Assembly: GCA_043228905.1 (NCBI GenBank)
Contig: JBHGNT010000021.1
Location: forward strand, 11,470,001-11,534,000
Direction of reading: 5' to 3'
From: Azolla caroliniana
Taxonomy: Eukaryota; Plantae; Polypodiophyta
DNA length: 64,000 bases
Shown: positions 1 to 12,619 of the stretch, piece after piece
Numbering within the stretch: the first letter of the stretch is position 1
Layout: each line of letters opens with the position of its first letter
Notes under the pieces: model-generated
Database searches by the model: none
What the model was told of the DNA's origin: nothing
Seen by the model: the letters and a program-made list of their open reading frames with translations, nothing else
Translations under genes and position numbers: made by a program

Positions 1-1732
1 TCTCTCAATTCAGCAAGCTCTTTTGCTTGCACGGCCACTATCTCCGGGACTGGTTCCATCTCCGGGGTCTTATTGCTATGTACAGATGACGGTGTTTCTT
101 TATTCTGTACATCTACCAGAGTCACCGGTGCTTGGATCGGTGGTCTGGTTAAGGCCATTTTGGCCAATTCTTCTATGGCCAGGTCCAAGTCTTGTTCTAA
201 GCTCCGGATCCTTGACCGGGCCGTCTCTAGTTCTCCGGTTGTGACGAGCAACCGGTCCATCTGCGCTTTCTCTTCCGCCTCTATGTAGTGCACTACTCCG
301 GCAATTTGTTCTCCAATCCACCGGAGCCATTGGTTTCCGGTGCCCTGTTGTTGCGTCTGCCCGGAGGGTTGGCTGTTGGTGTCATTGGCCAGTGGTCGGT
401 ATTGTCCGGTTGTGTCGAGCTGCAACTCTGTCTCTGGTTGGTGACCACTTTGCCGTTCTGGTTCTGGTTGCGGCTCCGTTGGTCGCTCCGCCTTTGATTA
501 CTCTTGACCTGTCGGTGGGGTAGGCAACTGTACTTCTGGCACTTGCATTTCGGGTCTTGTCGTATCCTGACCCGCCGGTATGGTTTGTCGTGTAGGGAGC
601 TCTGTGACCGGTTCTGTCTGAACTGGTTCCGGTTCCACCCTTGGTGCGGGATGCTTCGTGAGGGGTAGAGGCGTTCCATCCTTCTTTGGGTCCGAACGTT
701 GCCCGGCCTGTTCAGAGGTGCTTGCCTTCTAGCACCGCTGGAGGTGCTCTAATGGTTCCTTCTCCACTTCCTCCTCCTGAGTCCCAATGTTGATTTTTGC
801 TACCAAGGGGTCCGGCTCTTGTTGAACCGTTCGGTGAAGTCTGATCTTGATTAGCCGTGCCGATGGCTCCTGCTGCGTTTCCACCTGCCTCTTTCTATTG
901 GCGCGCTCCTTTGCCGCGTGGTCCTATCGGCCGCCTTCCCTTTGGTTGCCTTAGAGGCCAACAATAGTTGTTGTTTCGAGGCCGTTTTCGGGGTGACTGC
1001 GGTTGTTCTTCCCCGCTTCGTGGTTTTGACGAGCTTGATAGGTGGCGCCAATAGGGTGAGCCATTGCGCCACTGCCGTCCATATCTTCCGGCCCTCCTTG
1101 CCTCTGACAAAGTCGATGGCAGCACAGAGCCCATCCGCAATAAGTACCAGCCAGTCCACCTTCACGGCTTCATATGTTGCTTTGATTAAGTCGGCCCGGT
1201 TCTAAGGCATGCACGGGGGTCGAGGGTATACATGTCCAAATTCATGGAGCACATGGGCAATCTCTCGAAAGAGTGGATCTTCGCCGCCCTATGTCCGGTA
1301 GGCCTTGCTGGCTAGAGAGTATTCCCCAAAATATTTTCGGAGCTGCTCCGGGGTAGGGTTGTCGATAGTGAAGATGCCCCCTTCCGGAAGGCCAATCAAA
1401 GCATGCATGGCCTCCTCCGTGATCAGTTCCGTGTCGATCTCCTTTACTATCTTCTCCGCCTCCTGGTGCGGTGGAGCCTCCATGATTGTGAGGAAACCTT
1501 CTAACCTGTGTTGCCTTAGCCACTTCTTGGCTGCTTCAGAGAGTGCTTGGAAGTCCATGGCTTCTTCGAGGTCGGTGAACGCTGGTGACGGGTGTGTTTG
1601 AGGAGGCTTTGTGTGCGTGGGTTCGCGTCTACTGATCTTCAATCGCCTGTGCTCCTTTGTTCGCGAAATGTGAAGGTTTCCACGCGGTGGGAGTTTTCTT
1701 GCTACATGTTGCCGCCTTTTTTTCTGACTCAC
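1..1732 (-). pseudogene. Extra ORF downstream of integrase (plant-mobile-domain/env-like N-terminus, coiled-coil C-terminus), disrupted
   Basis: Fragments 1289-1732 (MDFQALSEAAKKWLRQHRLEGFL..ITEEAMHALIGLPEGG) and 851-1165 (KVDWLVLIADGLCAAIDF..AQWLTLLAPP). A heptad-like stretch ELETARSRIRSLEQDLDLAIEEL lies near 150-290. Same strand as pol. Confidence 0.55.
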
Positions 1733-2374
1733 GCGTGTGCACGTCGTGTACTAAAATAGAATGACGTGCCATGTGGCGGCGGTTTAATATCCTTTTAATA
1801 GCCCACTACGTACCTTTTCAAAGTGCCTGTTCACTCCTTGTTCTTGCATGTGTCCGTTCACCCCTCGTCGATTTTATTTTTTTTATTTTTTTTATTTTTT
1901 TTATTTTTGATAAAAATGGTTTGATTAATTTGCATCCGGTCCTTCTAGACCCCTATCCGGATTGTGGGACTTTCCGGCTACTGGACTGCTTGTCGTGGCG
2001 TCGTTTGCCGGCTCGTGCTCCCTCTTACCGGCTTCGTGCTTGCCGATTGCTGAACGTGTTGCCGTTTCTTGCAACTTACCGGTGTCTGGTTCTATGTCGG
2101 CCTTTACTTGTTCAAATGGGTTTCTTGGCATGGGTCCATTGTATGGTTTGAGTCGGAACCCATTGACCCATTTACCCAGAATCTCGTCGGCGAGTGTCCC
2201 TAACTAGTAGAAACCGTTGAACTCACGCGTAATCCAGTATGGTCCGGTCCACCGAAACCGTAGCTTCCCCGGCATCTTACACATCCAGGTCTGGAATACT
2301 AGTACCGGCTTACTAATTTCGAACATCTTTTCGTTCCCTTTTCGGTGACGATCCACGAATGCTTTCCTTCGCCG

Positions 2375-3106
2375 CTACTCTAGCTCTAGGTGCATGATGC
2401 TGGCTAGCCGGTGTTCTTCCAATTCGCATAATGCGGTTAACCGGATAGCTTCCGAGACCTTCTCATTTAGGCATTCCCGAATCTGTATTCGTAAACTCGG
2501 TACCTGGAACTCTACTGGCATCACTGCTTCCAATCCGAATGCTAGGCGAAACGGTGTTGTGCGGATACTTGTCTTATATGCCGTTCGGTAGGCCCAGAGT
2601 GCACTGTGCAGCTTTGTATCCCAATCCATCCAGTTCTCATTGACGATTTTTTGCAGGATGTTCTGTAGTGTTTTATTTGTTGACTCAACTAATCCGTTGG
2701 CTTGCGGATAATAGGGAGTGCTCCGTTTGTGCACCACCGCATAAAACGTCGTCAAACTTTCCACTACTTGCCCTAAGAAGTGCCCACCTTGGTCACTTAT
2801 GAGCTCTATCGGACATCCATACCAACACCAAATGCATTCATATAAAAATTTTGCCGTGGATGTCACAGTGTTGTCGCGTAGTGCTTTGGCTTCCACCCAT
2901 TTTGTGTAGTAATTCGTAGCGACAATCACGTACCGGTTGTCGGTTCTCATTGCCGGTGGTTTGAATGGACCGACAAAATCCAGCCCCCATTTCCGAAATT
3001 GTTCTAATGGTAGCACGAGTTGGTGAGGCATCCTGGCTTGTTCGGTTGGTTGGTCCATTCGCTGACATAGGTCGCATTCTTTAGCGTACCGGACTACATC
3101 CTTCAA
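2375..3106 (-). pseudogene. Gypsy integrase (zinc-finger end plus rve core)
   Basis: CDLCQR; WGLDFVGPF; ISDQGGHF; YYPQANGLVESTNKTL; WAYRTAYKT. Confidence 0.95.
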
Positions 3107-3238
3107 TGTTGTTGGCCACCATAGTCCACTCTACCATATTTTCCTTGCCGTAGCGTCTCTGGCATAATGTCCTCCAGCCACGCCGCAGTGTGCTTCGCGC
3201 AATATTATTTCCTTTTCGTCGTTGCGCACTGCACGCCG

Positions 3239-5320
3239 TCATATGCCATTTGCGCCTTTGTGGTACAGTGTGTCCTGTAATAGACAGAAGTGCCGACTTT
3301 GAACCGCTAAGCGTTTCCTTTCGTCTCTGTTCATCTCCTCCGGAGGTAAGCCGGTGCTCAGAAATTGGTGCATGTTGGTGAGCCACTTGTCTTCCTCTAC
3401 GACCATACCATCCGTTGCCGTTTCTGCTGGAACTCTAAATAGCTCTACATCCGGAAAGTCGTCTAGGACGCCGTCACCGGTTTCGCCGAAATCTAACCGG
3501 CTCAAATAATCTGCTACCACATGTTGTATGTCGGGTCGGTGGAATATCTCGAACTCAAATTCTTGTAATAGTAATGTCCACCGGGCCAGCTTACCGGTGA
3601 GTGATGCCTTGGATACCAAGTAGAGGAGCGCCGAATGATCTATGTGAAAGGAAAATTTCCTTCCCAACAGATAGTGTCTAAACTTGGTGATACTGTAGAT
3701 CATACCCAAGGCCTCTCTTTCCGTTGTGGAATAATTACATTCCGCTTTGGACAGCTTCCGGTTGGCATAATACACTGGCTGGTACCATTTCGGTTCTGTC
3801 AATTGCATCAACGTGCTCCCGATTGTGATGTTGGACGCGTCAACGAACACATGGAACTCTTTAGACCAATCCGGAGGTTGCACCACCGGCGCTTGTGACA
3901 ATAGTACTTTTAGTGCCCTGTAAGCCTGGTCTTCTGTGTCCGTCCATCGGAACGGTGTCCGATGTACTGCGGCATGCAATGGTGTAGCCAGGTCTGCTAG
4001 ATACCGAAGCATTCAACTATGCCACCGAACTTGTCCTAAGAACCGGCTTAGTGTCTTTGTTGTGGCTGGTGTCGGTGCCTCCAGGATTGCTTTTACTTTG
4101 TCTAGATCCCCTGCGATATCGTCCTTGCTCACTATGTGGCCCAACAAAGCTCCGTTGGTTACTCCAAACACGCATTTTGCCGGGTTCAGGCTTAGTCGGT
4201 AAACCCTACATTTCTCCAGCCATAGTCGGAGGTGCTGAAGGTGATCCCCTTCCTGGCCATAAACAGTGAAGTCATCCAAGAACACCTGCATGAACGTTGG
4301 AATGAATTCTCCGAAAATTCCCATGATGATCCGCTCGAAGGTTGCCGACGCCGTTTTTAGTCCGAACATCATCACTACGGCAACAAAGACTCCCCATTCG
4401 GTGACAAAAGCGGTTTTCTCTTGGTCGGCGGGGTGCATCCAGATCTAATTATAGCCATTGAAACTGTCCAGAAAATTGTACACCTCATGATCAGCGACCG
4501 CATCCAGGACTCCATCCATGAATGGAAGTGGGAAGGCGTTTGTTACCATAGCCGCATTCAATTTCCGATAGTCAACGCACACTCTTATCTTACCATTCTT
4601 TTTGGGTACTACGACTATTGGACTAAGCCATGTGGCTTTCTTTACCGATTGGATGAAGCCCACTCTTAGTAACTTGTCGATTTCTTCTTTGACTTTTGTT
4701 GCGTAATTCGGGTTCATCCGGTAACGCCGTTGCGCTACCGGTTTGGCGTCTTTACTCAGATGTATATGGTGTTGATACAACTGAGCATCGAGTCCCCACA
4801 TGTCCTCGTAGGACCAAGCGAACACATCGCGAAATTCTCTTAGGAGTGTGATCATTTCCGTTTTGTTCTCCGGGGTCATTTCCTTGGCGATGTGCACCGG
4901 TCTGGTGTCCTCTGTGGTACCTAGGTTTACCTCTTCTAGTTGGGATGCTTTCATGCGTTGCGACACTGCCATTTCTCTTTCCAGTGCCTCCTGTGCTTGC
5001 CGTAATTCCCGGATTGCTTCTTTATCCGGTTCCTCGTCAGTCCCGTCCGGTTGCAGTATGTATGGTGATACTACTCTGGCTACATCAATCTCGAACAGAG
5101 GTACAATCTTCGGATTTTCCTGTAAGTATTGATCGACATCTTCGTCCGCCAATCCTTCCAGCATGTTGACACATTCCGCATATAGCGACGTCGATTCCTT
5201 TCCGGTACCAGACCATGTTTGAGTCGGTACTCGTACTTTCGCTTTTCCACGCTGGAACGTAATTATATTCTTCCTCCAGTTTTGCTTGATGTGTGTTGTT
5301 TTTAACCAAGGGCGTCCCAA
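3239..5320 (-). pseudogene. Gypsy reverse transcriptase and RNase H, interrupted by stops
   Basis: RVCVDYRKLN; FLDSFNGYN; KTAFVTEWG; MFGLKTA; VFLDDF; FVDASN; NYSTTEREAL; HVVADYLSR across ORFs 4445-5320, 4013-4438 and 3239-4012. Confidence 0.95.
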
Positions 5321-7506
5321 TAATAGTGGGTAAGGTCCCTAAGCCTGTAGCTGGAGAACTACTGCGGAAATACGAAATGTGTGACCCCCAATGGTCACTT
5401 CCAGATCACATATTAACCCGGTCGGCCGTACTGAGCTTGTGTTCGCCATCCGAAGTCAAAATGGGCACGGTTCCCAGTCATGGATTCCTAGAGTGTTACA
5501 TGTTCGGAGGCTGAGTCACGTTCACGCCGGATCCTCCATCGATAATCGTGCCCGGTAGCTCATTTCCTTTCACGATGGCTGTGATTGTCGAACTGCTCGT
5601 GTCCACCACTGCCGGTCCTTCCTCCGGATTTGAGAAGAATGCCGGAGCCGGTGGTGTGTCGGTTGTCGTCCTTCCTGTCTTCAGTCCTTCCGTGAAGCAT
5701 GGTACTAGTTGCAATAGCCGGCCTAATGGCAGTGTTATTTGGCATTCTTGTAACGCCTACCATGTTGGGTTTTCGGGCTGCCCCGAGCCGGTGAACTCTT
5801 CGGCATTTTCCTTTTGTTTTTCGAGTTCTGCCGCATTTCGCTCATTTGCCTTCTTCACCCATTCGGTTGCCTGCTTCCGGATGGCTTCTTGTTGAAATGA
5901 CGTTTCTTGTTGAAATTCTTTTTGTTTCGGTAACCTTGACGGTGTTGGTCGTCATACTTGCCATAGTCGTCTCATCGTTGGTTGTAACCAGGGGAGTGAT
6001 CCCGGTTGTTTCTCTCGTACCGTCCATTATAGTCCCAGTATCTATCATGTCTGTCATACCAGTCATAAGCATCTCTTCGATCGTTGTACCGGACATCTTG
6101 TGCCGGCCAGTAGCGCTCCTCTTGCCGCCAGCGTTCTTCTTCTTCCTCCCAGTTGCTTCGTGGTTCAATTTGCCGGACCAGTGGTGCTTGCCGATTTAAC
6201 AAGTTATACTCACATCGTTCCATTGTGTGACTTCTGGAGTGGCAGAGCAAGCATTGGGAACGCATGGTGCATTCCAACGTCGAATGTCCGGCATTCAGGC
6301 ATGTCGTACATTGAACTGCTTGCCGGAAACGGAGGTCCTCATCTGTCGGTAGTGCACGTTGAAGTGCGCCCATGGTTAGCCATGAACTTGAGTTTTCCAT
6401 TTCCCGAACTCGGTCGATCACTTGATCTATGCTGTTGGTGCGGAAATCAATGACGGTGCACACCGTTCGTAAGGGTTCCCGGAGTGCTGCTAAGAATATG
6501 GCCTTTGTTTCTTCCTCCGGTGGTGTCCGGCTCAGCTGATTGTGGATCCGCTGGAACCGGATGACAAACTGTTGAATGTTCTCCGTTGGTTCCTGTCGGA
6601 TACTGTAAAATAAGCCTACCATTTCCCGTTGGTCCATCTCCTTGTGAAAGAAATGCAAAAATTTTGTCTTTAATGTTTCAAATGTGGGGATGGTGTTGGG
6701 ATCTTGTGTTCGGTGCCATCTGGCGGCCGGTCCCTCCAAGGTCATGCCGAACTCTGCCCTTTTTTAGCATTCCTCTTCGGCTGCATTTAAGCGTTGGGAC
6801 ACATGGTTTGCCACCCAGGTCTATTGAAACGCATGGACGTGGGCTTCCCCGTCCGGATCATCCCAGTATCTAGGATATTGGAACGGCATATCGTCGTCTG
6901 GTGTCGGTACACGGGCTGATGGTGTAAGTGGTCGTTCCTCCTCCTCTTTCAGTGTCGGAGGTCTTTCCCGATCCTCTATCGCCGTCGAAGGTCTTTCCTG
7001 CTCCTCTTTCGTTGTCGGAGGCTTCTCCTCCTCGACTTCCGGTGTCGGAGGTCTCTCTTCCTCGACTTCTGGTTCCGGAGTGTGGTCGACTTTCGGTGCC
7101 AGAGGTTCCAGCCTTGTCACTTCTGGTTCTGGTGTCGGCAAGGTATCCGACTCCTCGTTCTCTGGTCCGTTTGGGGTGTCGTTATTGCTACGGTAGTTCG
7201 TCTGCGCGTTGTATTCCCCGTCTGAACCCGATTCAAATGCCGAAAATGCTTCGATTCACCTTCGCCCGTTGCCAATGCCTGGAGAAGGGATTCCACTTCC
7301 CAGAGGCTGCTTAGGCTGCTTCCTTCATCCGGGTAGTCATTTTGTGCTAACCGAAGTGACTCCTTGGCCACTCTCCGGATCACCTTGGAAAATAAGCGAT
7401 CCGCTCTGATTTCTTCTGCCGCTTGCTGGAAAGCCTCTCGCTTCCTCATCCGTTCAGCAAGTCTCCTTGCTCGCTCCGTAACCGGGTCGTTCGTTGGTCG
7501 CGTCAT
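5321..7506 (-). pseudogene. Gypsy gag and aspartic protease, frameshifted
   Basis: Protease IIDGGSGVNV (5496-5714). Gag 5972-6745 with two CCHC knuckles (CTTCLNAGHSTLEC, CLLCHSRSHTMERC). Pro/Glu-rich EEERPPTP repeats at 6930-7140. Confidence 0.85.
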
Positions 7507-7544
7507 CCATTCCCGTCGTTGTTCGCTGCGATTGTGCAGGAATC

Positions 7545-7554
7545 GTGGTCGCCA
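7545..7554 (-). promoter_or_regulatory. Primer-binding site, tRNA-Arg(UCG)-type
   Basis: Minus strand TGGCGACCAC, 5 nt inside the LTR end. It is complementary to GTGGTCG-CCA, the 3' end of plant tRNA-Arg(UCG) as recalled. Confidence 0.7.
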
Positions 7555-7559
7555 AAAAC

Positions 7560-7976
7560 TGTGTTAATCCTTAGGGCCGGACAATGGCCTAACACAGGGT
7601 GTCTACGGAAGACACTTCGCCAAAGGGGTGTTACGACGAGATAACTTAAGACACAACGATTAATCTGACTTAATTGGCTACTTAACAATAGGGCATTCAC
7701 TTAATACACGCATAATATGTAACAATTAATACAAAACGGTAATCAATACGTGAAGATAAAACAAGAAGCTTATATTAATTCTCCGTTAAATTTTTACATT
7801 GTAACCGGGCCTTTATATAGGTTACCGGTGCTGCGTACAAAACGGTGCCAACCGGCACTTGTTCGGAACCGGTCCGGATCCGGATCGGCATACCAATTCT
7901 GGTTTGTCCGTTCACTACTTAATTATAATCTATTCTACTTAATTAAAATAGATTCCAAATAGCAATCCCTTTCACA
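7560..7976 (-). repeat. 5' LTR of the Athila-like element (~417 bp)
   Basis: TGTG...CACA termini, adjacent to the PBS, with a TATA-like TTTATATA at ~7812. Sequence of the host element resumes at 7977. Confidence 0.75.
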
Positions 7977-9542
7977 TTCTTGTCTTTAACTCCTTTGTCG
8001 ACCGGCTAACATAATGCTTCTGGATGCGGCACCCTTCTCTCTGCCTACCCAGATCCCTGCCAACACCGAATAGTGGATGACCTCGGCATTCTGGGCCGCG
8101 GATTCCTCCATTATCCTCTTCATGCCGCCTCGTCTAGTGTTCACCTCGAGGAGCCTCCGTGTCTCGCACTCGTATACCCGTCCATTCCAGAGGTACACAA
8201 CATTGTTCCTGAGTGCTTCTGTGAAATTGGTGCACTCTTTGTGGATGTGGCCCACGACATCGCACCACAGGCATCGTAGGTCGTTCAGAGGTCTCCAATC
8301 ACGCGATTGACCCCCGCCATCTGGCCGGGCTTGCGCGATCTTAATATCACGCACCATCTTGGTTAGCTACTCTAGAGCCGCGTCACCAGATGGCCCCGTG
8401 ACCACATTGGCTAGGGCCGCCCTCGATTCAAGCCATCATCTCGTCTCCTCTGACCGTGCCGGAATCAGTTCTTCTAGCTTCTTCCCGGTCGCCAAGCCCG
8501 TCATTGACGGCCCCGCGTCATTCCAATTGCGTCATTTGTTGAAACAACTGCAAACTCTTTTAACCACAGCCCAGTCGGTTGTGAGTCCTTCATCCGTCTC
8601 CAAGAGGAGACCCAGCTTCTTGCGATCGGGCAAGTCGACCAACTTCACAAACAACAGGACCTTGCTCGTATCAAGCACAGTCCGGTCTAGTGTGGAGAGT
8701 CGCGCGAACCGCTTCTCGAACTCCTGAAGAAGCGCCGACGTATTCTGGCCTTTGTGAGGGCTCTTGAGTCACTCCATAAATTCCTTCTTTGTCAACCAGA
8801 GCAAGTCGTTGAAGCCGTACTTTTCGAGGAGCCGCCCCTCAAATTCTGCCCAGTTACGGCAATCTGCTTGCACCTCGAGCACATCGGCGTGGATGCTCGG
8901 CGTAGCGACTCGACGGAAGCCGGCCAACCGTCTGTCCTCCGCAATGTCCCTCATCACCATTTCGGCCCAGTAGGCCTCCAGGTAGCTTGTCATGTCTTTG
9001 CCATTAAACCGGCCGATCAGGCTAACTATAGTCTCAATGGCTTTGTCAAGGGCGGTCGTGCTCTCATGAGCGCTCACCAGGTGGTCGACAGCCACTGCCA
9101 TTGCCTCTACCAGTTCACTTCCCCTCAAAATTCTAGCTCCTTTGCCGCCCTTTTCATGTCGGGTTCACCAAGATGTCGCGGTTTTCCGCGGGTACGTGTT
9201 GAAACGGGTAGGACCAGGGGGGTCTCGAACCAAGGAGGCCGAGGGTGTACGAAGTCCGTCCGGATGACAGCAACGAGCACACGGCACAGGGCTCAAGCCA
9301 AACGTGAGAGACAAACAATTGCGGGATTGGGATGCGTTCTCAACACACGGAGCAATCGGACAAAACGAAGACAAATTGATTAAACAAGAGAACGAAAAGA
9401 ATACAATTGGACTCAGCCAGCAATGGAGCTTCAAACTACAGCCACATCAAACACACACAGAACGATGAACCTCTAGTTGGGAGCTCACGGGCTACCTACG
9501 CGAGTAGAGGCTTCACCTTCTTCCTGGATCAGCCGAGAACAC

Positions 9543-9596
<54 letters not shown>

Positions 9597-10424
9597 CGAC
9601 ACTCAAACCGACAGCACTTCTTCCTCCTCAAAACGTCGATCCCCCGCCAACCTCTCTCAAACCTCCCCTTTTATAGAACAAGGGGAAGGTCGTTACATCG
9701 CTCATAAAGCAACCGTTGGAACAGATATTTCCCTCGATTCTCTCCATCATATATTATTTTGCGCGTGTGTGGTCATAAAGTACTTGTCATTCACACCCTC
9801 CTAGTACTCTTTAATACTTAAACTTACATTTCACTGATAATTTATATGTTTGTACATAAAGGCATGTCTCGCGTGCATCAATGCACACCCTCGTTTCTGC
9901 GCATTCGCTCCCTTTTCTCCTCGTTGCTGGAATTCCACACGATAGCATGTTCTCCCATTCTCGGTTTCAGTTGTTGGTTGTGTTGTGAGGCCTCCATTTT
10001 GCATTGGTAGTCCATGTGCTCCCGATCGGAGGCTTGCCAGCTTCTGTGTGTGAGTGTCGGGAGCTCGAAGCTATGTGTTGTCGGGCACGTCCGGTTGTAA
10101 TCCTCTATGTCCTCTGTTAATCTTTAATTTATTGAGTTCCCTTGTGTGTTGCGCATCCCCGTGCCCTTATCTTTGTTTTGTTTCCGTTTGAGGGTGTGTA
10201 TTCGAGTATGTGAGCCGTGAGCTCTTTGCCACTATATGGCTACAGGTCCGGAATAGTATTCGATTTTGAGCCTATGTGCCCACCGTCTGACGTCCTGGTG
10301 TCCATCCGGAGCAGATACGTGTCCGGAAACCGTTCTGGACAATCTTCTTCTCACACTGGCTCCTTGGTTCGAGACCTCGGTGGTCCCGCCCCATTTCTAC
10401 ACGTACCCACAGAATACCTTGACA
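7977..10424 (-). mobile_element. 5' part of a second Ty3/Gypsy element (LTR, tRNA-Trp PBS, gag), interrupted at 7976
   Basis: Gag fragments 8769-9128 (IGRFNGKDMTSYLEAY..WAEFEGRLLEKY) and 7986-8357 (CLWCDVVGHIHKEC). PBS at 9155-9170. LTR at 9174-10424 with TGTC...GACA termini and an internal (GA)n. Confidence 0.8.
9155..9170 (-). promoter_or_regulatory. Primer-binding site, tRNA-Trp-type
   Basis: Plus strand CATGTCGGGTTCACCA matches the recalled plant tRNA-Trp 3' end CACGTCGGGTTCA-CCA at 15/16 positions; 3 nt from the LTR TG at 9174. Confidence 0.75.
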
Positions 10425-11498
10425 CCGTAGTATAGGTGAAGAACTTCCTTTTCTTTTTATTAGGGATGTTCCAATGATATTCCAGAGGGTCCCAATCGAG
10501 TTATTCTAGCGGGCGATTATCAAAAATCCATGTACCTTATAATCTTCCTCCCAGCTCTCTGGTTCAGGGGCAACGTGCCATTTCTTGTCCATGCACGTGA
10601 TGATTCGAATGGGATACTAGTTCCCTTCAACTTCATTTGACTGATATGTAAAATCCGAGGGTAGGAGCAACTTAATTTATATATGCAAACATCAACATTA
10701 TGTAAATCCATATATATATATATATATGTATATGTATGTATATATGCGTATGGCATATACAATTATATATTATATTATTATATCTATGCTAATGTGCGAA
10801 GATTGGGCACTGGGCCTTGTGGTTACTAAAAACAAAAGAGTAATGTATTTAATTGGGCTTGGGATGAAGAACCATCCCAAAGCCCCAAGAGACCTCTCAT
10901 CTTCATGGCGTGTTGTTGATTAGGAGTCTAGACTCCAACTTCCAATGCTTCTTGAGAATGTTATAATCTATTTATCAAACAGGTGACTCAATTGTCTCCA
11001 AGGCAATCTTGCACATCTCCTAATCTTGAGTTGTCAATTCTCTATAAGTATTTGCCTCCAATTCTGATTTTGTTTAAGATTAAGCGAGTTCAGGGAGCAT
11101 GTGGTTTGTTGGAGACAATTTAAGGGCAATGACCCTACTTTGTTTCAATGGGTGTGGAGTATCATTTCTTGTAATGTAGATTACCCACTTTTGGTTGGTA
11201 AATTGGATTACACTTTTGGTCCCCCAAACTATAAAGGTATCATTTTCTTTTTTTCCCATCGATTGGTCTATATTTCAAGTGGATGTAAAGAGCTATGCAA
11301 TTGTCCAATAGTTGCATGTAGGACAAGTGTAAATGGTGTGTCATGTATCTATTAGCTTGGTGGTGACTTGGAGTCAAGGGAGCCTCCAACATGGTGGTGA
11401 AGGTGTTTGGGGTTGAGAAAAAAGGCCAAGATGGGAGAGAGAAAACAACAATGGTACTTCTATAATGATAATTGATTAATGAATCAGATTATTCAACA

Positions 11499-12600
11499 AT
11501 GGTGTAGGGGGATGATGCATAATTTCTTGAGGGGATTAGGAGACTAATCTCATTATGTTTTTTGATACAGGTTCTCGATGGTATAAATCGAGATGGTTGT
11601 TGTGGTCATTGAAGCAAATTGTCTATTTTGTAAGGATGAGAGAATCATGGTGGTCTTGGGGGCTGAAGCAATGTTTTTTATGAGGGGATGACGATAGCAC
11701 ATTCAATCTATTTTTTGTTTGTACAGGACTTCAATGGCAAACGAATAGACAGTTGATGTGGAAAATGAAGAAAATCGTAACGGATGAGTGACGTTGTTGT
11801 CGGGGAAGAAGCGGAATTTCCAGAGGGGATTAAGAGAGTAGTGTCATTATGTTTTTGTTTGGTATGTAAAGGTTTTGCTATGATATGGCGAGATGGTTGT
11901 TGTGGACGTTTGTGTGTAGTAGTCGGTGACATGTTTGTGTGTAGTAGTCGGTGACATGTTTCTCTCTATTTTTTATTTATTTTTTGTTTGTATAGGACTA
12001 CACAGCTGGTTGATGTGGAGAATGAAGAAACTTGGAGAGGATGAGGATAGCACATTTCTATAGAGGATGAGTGACGATGGTGTAGGGGGATGAAGCATAA
12101 TTTCATGAGGGGATTAGGAGCGTAATCTCATTCTGTTTTTTTGGTACAGGTTCTCGGTGGTATAAATCGAGATGGTTGATGTGATCATTGAAGCAAATTC
12201 TTTATTTTTTAAGGATGAGTGAATCATGGTGTTGTTGGGGGCTGAAGCAATGGTTTTATGAGAGGATGAGGATAGCACATTCACTCTATTTTTTGTTTGT
12301 ACAGAACTTCAATGGCAAACAAACAGACGGTTGATGTGGAAAATGAAGAAAATTGTAAAGGATGAGTGACGTTGGTGTCGGGGGAAGAAGCGGAATTTCA
12401 TGAGGGGATTAAGAGAGTAGTGTCATTATGTTTTTTGTTTGGTATGTACAGGTTTTGCTATGCTAGGGTGAGATGGTTGCTGTGGACATTTGTGGTAGTC
12501 GGTGACATGTTGGTTGGGGAAAAGGAAGCATGTTTTCTTTGTTTGATAAGGATGAGTGATGATGTTGTTGCGAGCTGAAGCAAACTTTTATGAGGGGACG
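11499..12600. repeat. Degenerate tandem duplication, ~578-bp period, built from ~290-bp subunits
   Basis: ATGGTGTAGGGGGATGA..GAGGGGATTAGGAG..GAGATGGTTG recurs at ~11499 and ~12077. The related subunit GGGGAAGAAGCGGAATTTC..GAGGGGATTAAGAG recurs at ~11802 and ~12381. Confidence 0.85.
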
Positions 12601-12619
12601 ACGAAAGTAGAAGCATTTT

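Larger units (their letters stand above)
1..7976 (-). mobile_element. Ty3/Gypsy non-chromovirus LTR retrotransposon (Athila-like), degenerate; 3' end lies outside the window
   Basis: Order gag-PR-RT-RH-INT on the minus strand, plus an extra 3' ORF region. 5' LTR at 7560-7976 and PBS at 7545-7554. Inserted into the gag-pol region of a second Gypsy element. Confidence 0.9.

Noticed and set aside
8754-9383. 209-aa plus-strand ORF
   Set aside because: Antisense to the Gypsy gag/PBS/LTR; a shadow ORF of GC-rich sequence.
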